This document shows positions 26,500-38,800 of a stretch of DNA of 53,071 bases, one piece after another. Numbering within the stretch: position 1 is the stretch's first letter; each line of letters opens with the position of its first letter. This DNA is from Catajapyx aquilonaris (lineage: Eukaryota). Below the pieces are notes generated by a model. The model was not told where the DNA came from. It did not search any database and saw nothing but the letters and a program-made list of their open reading frames with translations. Made by a program: the position numbers and the translations under genes. The stretch spans positions 1 through 53,071 of the forward strand of contig JYFJ02002666.1 in the NCBI GenBank assembly GCA_000934665.2. Reading direction: 5' to 3'.

Positions 26500-29400
26500 G
26501 ATATCCACATAATAAATAAATAATTTTACCTCCATTAAATAGTAGGCTATATTACACCAGTGCAGTGTTATAAATCGGGCGTACTATGGCCATACTTGGT
26601 ACGACCTCGACCGCGACCCTTCCAGCAATCAAACCACAATCAAATGTTACCAGACATACAATTCCACCACACCTGACAACAACGCCCAAACAAAACATTA
26701 TATCCAAGTAACATTTTTCTTCCTTCTCCAACGTATACTTTCAGCCGTTGCCGCAATTCCTCCTTACTTCTGCATTGTTGAGCCAGGACTAACGGCAACA
26801 CTGAGTTAGAAGTAGGAAGTAGGTTAGTCACCTGGCTAAGCGGCTTCCCGAGTACAATATTGGCCTCAATGGGCGCTGGCACAGTTAGCCGGCTTTTTTG
26901 GCTCGCTGCTCCCGGCGAAGAGCTCATTTTGCTTTCGTTGGAGGGCTCTTTTGCCGTTCCACTTCGTAGGATGTCACAGATATTTGCCGTGATCGACTTC
27001 ATTTGATGGGATGGCCCACCTGATTAAAGGCGTGGTTATGGAACGTGGTTATATAGCCGTTATTTCTGATGAGTCTGAACAGGCTGTGTCGCGTTCAAGG
27101 GCGCCACCTTGACTTCTATGTTGCTAAAACAGCTGTATGTACCACGCCCCCATATATTTCAAGGGGAAAGCGGCCTTGACGTAAAATCGAATCACCAGAC
27201 TCATTAATAACACGCTAATGTGCCTGAAGGTACGCGTCCAAGAACTGCACAAATTTCTGGAAAATGTCACAAATAAAATAAATAAATAAGCCGCAGTGAC
27301 CCACTTGGATGCACTTCCTTGTGGTAATGACAGGTATCACGACGTCGATGGACATTGGCTAGCGTTTGCATAACGTCTGACTGCAGTAAATGTCATCCAG
27401 TTGAGCTTGTAAAATGTCTATACAGCCCCCGCCCCTTTCTGTCAATGCCTGGAAACTTAACCCTCTGTCTTAATTACGGGGCAAAGATACAAACCACTGC
27501 AACGTCCGTAATAAAGGAAGAAGAATGAACCATTGTATTTCCGACATTGCCTTTGAAAAAACCCTACCCATTCACACATGGTCCACACGCATCCGAACGC
27601 CAAACTTTCTCCAAGTTACGCTCTACATATAAACCAAGTGCGGTAGATAACCTCTTTCATGTCTTTTCTTCTTCTCCAGTTATGTAGGCCTATCGAGCCG
27701 AAGCGTGGAGTCCGTCTTTTGCTGGACGTACCACATCCGCCTGGGCTCTTCGTGTAAAGGTCAGCCCCCCCAAGTGCATGATGGGAAATATATTTCGGTA
27801 CGGTACAAAAGGCGGAAATGAGTCGCCGATACTGACTTATTCTTCGACCTCTTCTTCAGGACAATTGGGGCAGTCACACGCACGTGTTTGGCCACATATG
27901 TACCGCTTAACATCCAACCCCAACTAGAGCACAACATCCATTGTTTTTGTAGGGGTGTTGCCCACTGCTAACATAACAGGATCGTTTTAAAAATAAATTT
28001 GATCCGTAACGTACATACAAAATGCCATTGAGAAACACGATTAGAACCGCTGTTGGTTTTTACAGCCACTCAAACTTTCTTAATGTGGATGATACCTACA
28101 ATAACACCTGGTTTTATGCCCTCCCCAAGAGCTACCTGTTACTTTTCCCTCAGGTAGGAATTATCGCCGCAGTCCATTCGTCACGTCGCACGTAATGTCT
28201 TAGCACAACGGAACAGTGTGACACAAAATCAGTGCAAGGTGGAAATGTGAATATTGACCTCCAGCAGGCACCATCAGTGCGAATGGCAAGAGTGGGAAGT
28301 ATGCCATGAGAAGAAATACCTTCCTCTCATCATCCGGAAACTTCAATGCGCGAGTCGCACCCGAGCCAACGAACCCCCTCAAAAAATATAGTACACAAAA
28401 TTTGTGTAAAAAAAAAAAATCCAATTAGTACATCCAAGTTTGTGGCAAACTCTGTCCTTGTTCTAACCGCACATTCAGGCTTTTTTAAAAAACCACAAAG
28501 CCCACGGTTGTCATATTTTTTTTTAGTAAGCTAAAGAAATGGGCCAACAACAGTTGGGCTGTAATAAATTCCAGTAGCAATGTCCGTTGGTGCTGCCGAC
28601 GTGCCGAAAGTGAAACGAGACCCACAGTATACCTTCACTTGTACTCCTCGTGGTCTAACGGGACCCCCGGGAAGATCCTAGTTCTCCTGAGCCTGCCAGC
28701 AGCCATAAAACGACCCGTGGGAGACCCAGGGGTGTCGATCACACAAAAGTGCATGGGGAATCGGCTGGTAGAATAGAGAATGGAAAAGGTATACAGCTGC
28801 TTCAGGCTGGGTCTTATTTTTATTGGGTGTTAAGAGCATCTTTATCGTGAAGAAGCAAGTGGAAACCACTTTTTTAGCATTAGTGTGACAAACTAAAATT
28901 AAGGACGACTAAAATAATATTTGACTGTTAGATATAAAAGTTTAGTCTTATTGGATTATTTTTAATAATGTCTGTTTAATTTTTGTTATCGTAAATTGAT
29001 AATCAGAAAGTAACCCGAGAAAAAAATTATTTTATGCATTTCAGATTTGGGCATAAAAAAATAATAAATGCATGAGTTGTGCATTTTACGGTTTATATGG
29101 CTTGAGTTATGATGAACCAAATTCTCCTGCAAAGCACTAATTTTTTAAAGAAAATAATGAAACTAGGAGTCCGTGTTGGGAATCAGGACAGAATATTCTG
29201 CTCATGAGTGCACGAAAATAAATCACAGTGTACAGGGTGGGGAGCGAATGAAGGATTCTAACTATCCTATAGGCTCCATATGCGTTATTTTATTTTATTT
29301 TATTGTTTCAATTTTAGAGCATGAGGCACTGCTATTTTTTAAATGAATGAAGTGTCACCTCTAAATGGTTTACTAATAGAGTGTAGTGTTTAAACTTTAC

Positions 29401-31420
29401 TTATGCAATGATGCTTATTTTTCCACTTTATGTTTCATAGCAAGTATAAATTAATCCACTCGTCCTAATATTAGCAACTAGCCACTAAAGAAGCTGCTTA
29501 CAAATAATATCGTCACCCCAAAAAATCGCTGAATGAAACAGACAATCAGATCACTGCGCAAAAATAAGTAATTAAATCAATTAACGTAATATTATCGCCT
29601 ACGAATGTAGCACACTATTTTTTCCCCTTACTCCTCAACATCTGGCCTTAAAGTAGTCCGACTAGACCTCCCACACCCGCCTTCTGACGTCACTGTGAAC
29701 GCTCCCTCATTAGAACGAAAGTGCTAATCACTCCAATCAAAGACATCTACGAATCATCAGTCTCAGCACGAATCACAACCCCATCCAACAAGCTATTATT
29801 TTACTGTTATGGATCACACTCTTTGATTGTAATCAAATTTTTCCCCTCCTGCACCTCCCATCAATATGCCAAAAGCGTTCACTCGGAAACAGACAAGACA
29901 CACCGTTTCAAGTGTATGGGCGTGACTACTTCGCGTGAGAAAATCCGACCCAGATCGAATTTTGCCAAGCCTGCGTAGGCAAAAGTGCATCCATTTTCTG
30001 CAACTTTGGGATTTGTACCGAAAGAATGGGGTCAGAAAAAAGCGAATCTGAACTGGCAAGAACCAGTGTGTTTGGGCAGAAGAGCAAAACCCGTAGGTAC
30101 TGCACGTCCATCTGGTAGAAGAAGAAGAAGAAGAAGTGTGTCAGGAGGCCACGGGATTTAAACGAAGGAGTCCGGTTGGTGGAGACGGAAGAAGATGATG
30201 AAGAAGAAGGGGGGTTCAAGAGTGGTCTGGTGGGCGGGTACGGTTAGCATGGACACCGCTAGTTCACGGTTCTGCTCGGTCCCATCTCCAAAATGTCGGG
30301 GGGCTATTCCCAGATGGACCCCCACAGGTAACAAAAAAAATTTACCGGAGGGGTTGACCATGTTTGGGGTTGATCGTAAACTGATGGTTTATGGTTATGA
30401 CGTATATGTGGACGTGCAAGAAATTGTGAAAAATTTGGCAGGATTTTGGGATTGTTGGTGTACCGTACAACACCGTACATGGTACACCACCGTACGCCAC
30501 CGCGCACCGTGCACATACACCGTACATGGGGAGCTGTAATGAGCGTCTCCACCATTTGTCATGTACGGCAATAGCCATTGTAATCACACATCATGAGCAG
30601 CCTGCATTTATGGATATGATATGTCACCTGCCGTGTAAACTCCCCATGCATATATTACGATATGTTAGTTCTTGAAGCATGTAAGATTCACGCTCATTAC
30701 CGTAAGTCTAGCAAACAAATTTCACTTGTACAGTATATCAGACTAGCTTTCCCTTCTAGCTGTCTCACACATGTGATGTCTCATGAGTCATGACGCATTC
30801 TACGCTATAGTAACGCGCATCTTAATTCCAAGTAACGAGTCGAATCTATTTGCAATTTCATGATGCGGCATCATTACAAGCTTCTTGGACTGGTTAACAA
30901 CTATCCCAATTGGTGGTCCAAATGGCCAACCGTCTGGCAATTACAATAGTGGTACCGAGCGCAAACCACAGCCTCCTTTATTGCTGCTCTTGCACTTTTT
31001 TTTTTGTATTGTCATCCATGTCCTTAAACTCGGGGTGAAGCGTGACCAACTGCTTCAATCCAGTCTTCAATGCCTAATAACATTCATCCATCACGACTGC
31101 CTCGCAGCTTCCCATTTTTTTTTCTTACTATTATTATTTCACTCGGCACTTATATATTTTTTTATTATTCTTTTTTTTGTTGCCGGTTGAGTTGTTTGGC
31201 AAGGGATCTGGGTCACTCAACATGGCTGACCTGTTTTCGCACCCACGTGACCAGGAAGGAAGCGGTGCGGGAAACAGGAAGGAAGAGCTTGGCCTCGGCC
31301 CTCACACTTGATGGAAGGCGATGGTCGACCACCTGGAACTTGACACCACGTGCCTCACCTAGCATAACCTCGCATGTCCCTAAAGTCATTAAGTGTTAGA
31401 CTTCAACACTAGAAGATCAT

Positions 31421-31476
31421 AGGTGTCACTTCGAGCATTGAAGTCTCTGAAAACTTCAATGCTCGAAGTGACACCT
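31421..31476. repeat. Perfect 24-bp inverted repeat with an 8-nt loop
   Basis: AGGTGTCACTTCGAGCATTGAAGT-ctctgaaa-ACTTCAATGCTCGAAGTGACACCT. Outer imperfect arms CTTCAACACT (31401) and AGTATTGAAG (ending ~31491). Confidence 0.9.
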
Positions 31477-33842
31477 TCTGAAGTATTGAAGCGTTCATGC
31501 ATACCCTCTAGAAACGTGTGGGATGTTCACTTTTTTGTACACACCAAATAATTGCATTAAAATTTGCAGTGTGTGATGCCAACGACGTCCGTGCCAACCT
31601 ACTGATCTAAATTCCATCATCCGCAGACACGAACCATCGGCGAACTGCAAGGACTTTCTTCGAAGAGTATCTGTCCAAAAAAATGCAATTGTTCCACACT
31701 AACAGGAATGTGATATTGGTGTTTATTCCTAATTTCAATATTGTCCGTTTGTTAGACAAATACACGCGTATGTTGAGCCCACAAAGGAAAAAAAAACAAA
31801 CGCAAAAATGGTCATGTAGGACTGCGGGAGTGAGGAGCCTGGCCACATCTTCTGTTCCAGCCTACATATTCGCAAAGAATACCGCAACTTTAGCAGACTA
31901 CAGAGATCCGCTAGAACAACCAAACCTTAGCATTATGTTTGCAAACCGCCCATTCACTTTCTCCGATGCTATCATGGCCAATGCCCAACTGCAGATGAAG
32001 AACCGCTACATTCCGACCCTCATTTTTATATGTGGCAAAACTTTCATACACATAACGCTCACTGAGTACATAATTCATCACACTAATTGGCATTGCTCGA
32101 TTAATGTTTGTAACAATCATACACCTCATCAGTTGGTCCACCGGTACTGAACAAAGCACTGGAGCACTAGCTTCTTAAATTATGGAAGTAATATTGAACC
32201 GTGCCACCTGCTGTAATAAACCAATATAGAATATTGCATTGTACATTACCCGGAATAACTATACCAAAGCGCCTCTGACCAAGTAACGACAGGGTTTTGA
32301 ACTCATGAATTTGGCCGATATTGCCAACATGAACGTAAAATATCATTGCCTCAAACACGCTAGTCTACGACCCTCAATTCTATCCAATTTGATGAAATTA
32401 TGAGTGAAAACAAGCGGTTGCAAGAAGTACGTGGCAGATGAGGAAGACAAGGGAAAGTCGTCCGCGTAGGGCAGTGATCTGAGCACCAAGGTTTACCTGG
32501 AAAGAGGGCACTCAGGCCTGCAGGCCTCATCCAAATGGTTTTTGACTACCTTTGATGCAGCTACCTTTGACACACCCTGTCCATTTCTCCAGCTCCCCTC
32601 CAAATCATCAATGTGTCCATGCCAATTGGTAATGTTTCAGTTGGCAATATTAAGGTCGTCAGATTGCCTCGGGAGAGTTGGCACGCCTGCCATCTCACAG
32701 TGAGAATGCAGTCTTCCTGGCATATTACTCGGGACATTCACCTTCGTTCTTTTATCAGAATTAACGTGCTAATTTGGTTCTCACCTTCTCTTACTGCAGA
32801 CAAGAAAATGCCAAATTCAGCATGTATTCTGATCATAGCAACAAACATGACCAGTGCACTTCTTAACTTTCCCCATTCTTCTTATGACAGTCGGCTCAAA
32901 AAAAAATCGGATCTGATGTCAAGCTAGGTGACAAAAGACTTGCTACAACCATTCTACTAATTTACCTCTCCCCTACCACCACCACTACTCTCAGCGCCCT
33001 TCCTTCTGCATTCCATCCAAGGACCAGCAAGGACTTTCATCCTCTGGTATGTTATGCTGTGGGGCAGTAGAGCAGAACTACTCTGGTCTCCGCCCATGGC
33101 AGCAGTTGCAGTACATTGACCGCGCTTTTCATCTTTGCCCTTTTTTTCCATATTCCAGCAAAGTCTAAGTACTCTGAAACAAAAGGAAATGGTTAACAAT
33201 TTTGTTAATATCAGCATAGTGCTAAATAAGGCCCATCTGGCAACAACCAAAAAATTGAGTATAAGTAAGGTACATGAGACGTGACCAAACCCATTACATA
33301 TGTCTTAACGACCAATTTCGAGTCTTTGTTGCAAGGAAACGAGAGGTAATTTTGAAGAAAAAGAAACATATCCGAGGGCCATTTGAGAAAGGACAAGAGG
33401 AGAGGAGGAGAAAAAAAAAAGTCACGTGAAATTGCTTTCCCCTTCAGCTACAACTTGCGGGCATTGTTACATGAACGATTTGTCACAGTTTGTTACAGGA
33501 CCGATTAAACTGACTGGTGCTCCGGATGGTTGGTTAAAAGTGAGGGGTGGGTGGGCAACATTTGTTCTGTCTGTTCTGTTGCTGAGCATGATAACTAGAT
33601 TTATTAATCATGCAGAGATCTATTTTGACTACTGCTTGACTGTGTAGCCTACTGTATGAACCGAAGCCGCGAAATCAACCACTTGTTTTTGATTTACCTT
33701 CAGTCATTTACCCCAGCTTTACTATGGTACTCGCTCATTGTATTTAGTGTTTTTTGAGCAATATAGTACATCAGTAAATCCAGAAAATATTTATTTTTGC
33801 TATGTACGCCTGCAATTGTATATTTACATTGAGTAAGTTTCA

Positions 33843-34108
33843 CCGAAGCAGTGGTGGCGGAGGGGATATGGTATCCGACTGCTAATCGGAAGGTCCTGGG
33901 TTCGAATCCCCGTGCCGGCAACTCTAACCGTGGTTTTCTGTGGTTTCCCACAGTTCCTCCAGGAGAATTCCGGAGTTGTTTACTAAACTAATAGGCCACA
34001 GCCTCCTCTATCCTATCCCAAAAAGCGCAGTGAAAACCGAGACGAAGAGTTCCAGTCAAAAATAAATAAATCCCCCCTAAAGAGCCGCTGGCTGATAACG
34101 GGGTATGA

Positions 34109-34146
<38 letters not shown>
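33843..34146 (+). mobile_element. tRNA-derived SINE, copy C
   Basis: (A)CCGAAGCAGTGGTGGCGGAGGGG...GACTGCTAATCGGAAGGTCCTGGGTTCGAATCCC head with an intact B box and a long (TTA)n tail. A perfect 18-bp TSD TACATTGAGTAAGTTTCA sits at 33825-33842 and 34147-34164. Confidence 0.92.
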
Positions 34147-35707
34147 TACATTGAGTAAGTTTCAGCAGTGAGTGTCATGCCTAGTTCGCACTATTTTGTA
34201 ATTGGAATACGTAGCGGAAAAACTGGTGACAAAATCTGGCAGCTTGATAGCGGAAAAAAATGCAGAAAATGGTCACATCTAGGTTATTTCCTCATTAAGT
34301 ATGTGTTGCATAATTGGTAAACCATTACCAAATAATTAACCCTCAAATCGACCACTGGTTTTGGGTGTATTCGCCATCATATCGACATGACATTGGCACT
34401 GTACAGTAACCTTCAAGTGGGTCAAGCCAATAAGTGCGTGACACCTAGCACGTACGTCCGGTAGCCATCATACGCACAACAACAGGGCGTTTGCTGTCAT
34501 TCAACAAAGCAGCTCACTATGCCATTACCTAACGATCACAATCAATTTACGACCTTACCCGCCTCTCTACGGGTGGGAAAAAAACCGGTCCTGACATGTC
34601 CATACAAGCCGAAACATAGATCTAAATCCGATGGGACCCCCTCATCCCACACCCCCCAAAAAAAAAAAAAAAAAAAAAAAAAACATGAAGACCACCATGG
34701 TCAGCACTGATGCCCAACTAGGTCGTGACCAATGGATCCTGGTGCCCAAAAACGGGCTGAGAACCCCAACGACACCTAAGATGATCGTGGTTGGTGAAAC
34801 CTCGACCTCCAAAAACTGGGACATCTAACCGGAGAATGAGGAAGGGGTTAAAGGGAAGAAACAAAAAAAGAAGTATATATACACGAAAGGGCTAATTGGG
34901 TAATTGGCGGCGATGCAATCGGGTGGTGCGGAGGGCACCTGGATTAGGGTCATCATGAAGCCCGGACAAGAAAATTGGCAAGATGAGGCAAAATATAGGT
35001 AAGAACTGGACTTAAAGTTTTTTTTGCGGAAGTCCAGTAGTTTATGACCCTTGGAGAGAAAATGGTTGAAGAATGCTGGAGGTCACTTGATATACAGGAC
35101 GTCACTTTCTCCCGCGGGGCATTTTTAGGAGGCATACATGATGCAAATGTACCAAAATGTATGCTGATGTCCAGTTGGGTCCAACATCATGTAATGAGTG
35201 ATTATCCTTAATTTGAGTTAATTCAACCAAGTCATCAGCTGAGTCGTTGGCCATATGGCCTGCTGCATTCATGTAAGAAGTTGAGTGCACTTGTAACAAA
35301 AGCAGTTGCATTTCATTCTTGGATAATTAATATAAAGATGAAACGCCAAATTGAACCGGTGTCAGTGAAGCTAGAACGGGACAGGGGAAAGTGTAAATAT
35401 AATTTTTTTTTCTTCTTGTTGTTGCAAGATGTGAAGCGCGAAACTGAATACCGTTACATGACACAGAGGAAAAGGAATGGCAAAGAAAGCGAAGGTTTCT
35501 TCGCTTCTAGGAAACATCTCGTGCAACTTGGTTCTTTCTGGAATAAGCGTATGCCCCACACCCAATTGCGTAACAACGGTCGTTATTTTATAGGGTGTTC
35601 CATAAGGGCTTGTAAATAGTAATTCCAATGCATGGAACAAGCTGAATGGCTGGTATGCTTATGTAGATAAATATGGCCCTTATTTTATTATTGATGATTA
35701 TTACTAA

Positions 35708-35810
35708 AATTAATAAATAGCTACAATCTACAATTAATAAATAGCTACAATCTACAATTAATAAATAGCTACAATCTACAATTAATAAATAGCTACAATC
35801 TACAATTAAT
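35708..35810. repeat. 24-bp minisatellite, 4.3 perfect copies
   Basis: Unit AATTAATAAATAGCTACAATCTAC repeated head to tail with no spacers. Confidence 0.95.
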
Positions 35811-38800
35811 TGCAAGCCGGTCTTGACACATTTGTCAAAAATTGAGCGGACATCATAGGACACACCACACAAGCAGTTGTTGTATCATCCTGTAAAACGG
35901 TTATACCTTATCAAATTAAATTGTCATAATTTTGCATAAGTTTTATAACTGACATTAAGCAAGTCTACATTTGTCATAACCATTTAAAAAAATGACTCGT
36001 CATCCATTGGCATCATATTGTGTAACTAGCTCAAACCCTCCCACCATATTCTCTATGCTCGTATGTGATCCAATTTCCTTGACCCCCAAACTAGCTGTTC
36101 GCACATCCCGGTTAACCGGATTGTACCGTTTCACTTTCTACGCATGCCAGAAATGGCACATTCGATGCGAAAATTCGCACAAATTATGCCATTATAGTAT
36201 GAAGAGTCGTATACACCTTTTTAAAGTGACTAAATTCAAGTTGGTCCACGCCCACAATTGCTCCAATTTGATCTTCATCATCAAGTCTGGTTTCTTCAGT
36301 GACCTTTGCGCACCTATGGCCAGAACTGGTATTGCTGGGTGATAATTGGGGCCATGTACCATGCTAAAGAGGCCGGTTTGCGGGGGCAAACAAGGCGCGT
36401 GCTGCAAACCAAGCATAATCTTCAAAAAAACCAACGGTTAAACCCAACAATCATAGGACCCTCTGACTCCACCGAAAAAAAAACCAGTCTGGACCTCAAC
36501 TAGTGAAAGCGGAATCCACTGATACACTGACACACTACACTGACATCGGCTAGCCTTTACTGTGTCAGTAGTACATATGATGACGTTCCAGCCTGGTCAA
36601 GCCACTAGTAAAGCTTGATCGCAAAGGGCCTTCAACAAGGTCACTATTCTGTTGTACGCACCACGCGAGGCGTCGGCTACAGATTTCCACTCTAATTGAT
36701 ACCGGACATTACGTCATTTTTTTCCCGTATGTAGCGTAACACTTTAAGGGTGAGCTTATGATGAGCAACACTGGGTCACTTGGACTGTTTGTAATTTACA
36801 ATCGATATGCGCAGATGGGGAGGAAATTTTATTGCTCAATTATGCCAGGAAGGTATATGAATATATGGGTCGGATTTGACATTACAAGGTGTATATGTTT
36901 TTAGCGCGTACTGTTGCAACAATGGCAATAATGCGAAACCGGGGCGGTGTGATGAGTGATGCAACTAAGGGTTTATTTCGTGAGCTACATGGCTAAATGA
37001 GGCAAGTGTTCTCGGCTGTTGCTTGGAATTTTTGCAAGTACGTGCGTAGCACGTGGCATTAAATTGGTCCAAATAGCCAACAATACCGATACGAAATATA
37101 TTCCCCCCAAAAAACTAAATAAGCAAAAAAAATCGCAAACATACAATCGGCTTTAATTAACCGTTTCAGAACGGGTCATCTGGATTGACACGTTGACATA
37201 TCCCATCGTATTCACTGTTACCGGAAGGCTGTCCTTATAACTTCCAACAAGTAGTTTTAAATGTGCTGACAATTAGGCCATCCGTCGCAATGGAAAATGC
37301 TATTAGAAATCGTGACTTGCAACTTATATGCACTACGTGTGTGAGACAGATGCAGAAAAATCGAAAGTAATTTGGTACTAGAATCACGTACTGTTTATCA
37401 TCACGTGTGGAACCAGCCAGAATTTTTCTACCACCATAAGCAAATTTTTATATAGACATGTGTGAAAAAAATGACATTGTTAATTCATCAAAACCGCAGG
37501 AATCAATTAGAATCAGCCCAATAATTTGTTCAGTCTGTGGTCACAATTTGGTTTAGCTTTGATAAAAGTGCGTATTTTTGCTAATTGGAAGATAAATTAT
37601 CCGTGATGCCGCTCGTGGTTTGTTTCCGCATTGGAATGCATGTGAAATTACAAGGCATTTGGAACGTTACGGTCAATTATAATAATTACATAGAAACCTA
37701 GTTATTATTAACTCTATGATATGCCACTATTTAAATGTGTCTAATTGAGACACCTATGGTTGGGCGTGACCTGTCAAGTTGTTTTATGGTCAAGTCCGGG
37801 TCTTCTTTAGAACTTGGATCCAATTCTTGAAACTGAGTCCGTTCCTTCCCCGAGGGCTGCCCTGAAGAGACCATTTCAGTTGCTGACCCCGCCGGTCACG
37901 TGATGGCCAATGTATCGTACCATTCATCTCACTGTTCCGTTTTGCCGTAGGCTATTCTACGGTGTATTCCAACCATATTCAGCAACCTGCAAATGACTTT
38001 CTGACCAGTTTGTCATGTAGATACACGTAATCGATGACAGAAATGCAAGTGAAGGTACAGTAGGCATGGTCACGTCATAAACTGGGATTAGTATAAGTGT
38101 ATACCAGTATAAGTGTATACTCGCTGTGCTCGGCGGTGGGGCTTCGCCCCGTTCGCGCAGCATGCATTCTATGGCACTATTTCGTAAAAAATTTTAAATT
38201 GAAATTTTGGCAGAATATTGGGGAAAACGTTATTTTCCCTAAATATAACACATGTCTCAATGCATCATTTCTGCCAAAATTTTAATTTTTTAAAAATGTC
38301 ATAATATGGCTTCATTTACATCATGAGTCCTGTAATCCCGTAACATTCACTCTTCATCACCAAAACAATCCAAGTGTCCATCCTGCCCCGTCCAGTAGTG
38401 TATGTCCAAAAGGCGTGGTAGCGGTCACTGACCAATCACGAGTAGTGCCCACGAAGGCACTCTTCGCCTGGTACCTGAGCCTGGAAAAATGGGTTAATGT
38501 CTTGGAGGGGGGGTTTTTGCCTCGACGTAGCGGCAACAGAAGGGAAAGGAGGAGGTGGTGGTGGAGGACGCTGAAGAAGTGGTAGGGGTGGTAGGTAGCA
38601 GCAAGCAGAGTGGTAGGAGGGGTCGAGTTGAGGGGGAAGGGGGGGGGGGGCTTAGGGGGGCAATGTGCAAGAGAACCGACGACACCGTTACTCAGTCTAC
38701 GGTGGGCCGTGCTGCTGGTGCGGGAGGTTTCGTGTGCTAAGTGTCACCTACCCAAAAAGAAAGGTACTGGCTTCAATTGTTGGAATTTCAACTGTTGTAC

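Noticed and set aside
29926..30219. WQNSI in a minus-strand ORF suggesting a forkhead domain
   Set aside because: It is not followed by RHNLS and no other forkhead residues are present; a chance match.
30310..30340. tarsal-less/pri-type LDPTGxY micropeptide
   Set aside because: DPTG appears only with a frameshift, there is no terminal Tyr and there are no repeated smORFs.
35708..35810. CRISPR-like array or LLIVDCSY repeat protein
   Set aside because: The units are contiguous with no spacers and there are no cas genes in this eukaryotic context. It is a plain minisatellite.
38196..38288. 20-bp AT-rich inverted repeat (19/20)
   Set aside because: Real but low in complexity and probably a decayed MITE fragment; no ends or TSD could be defined.
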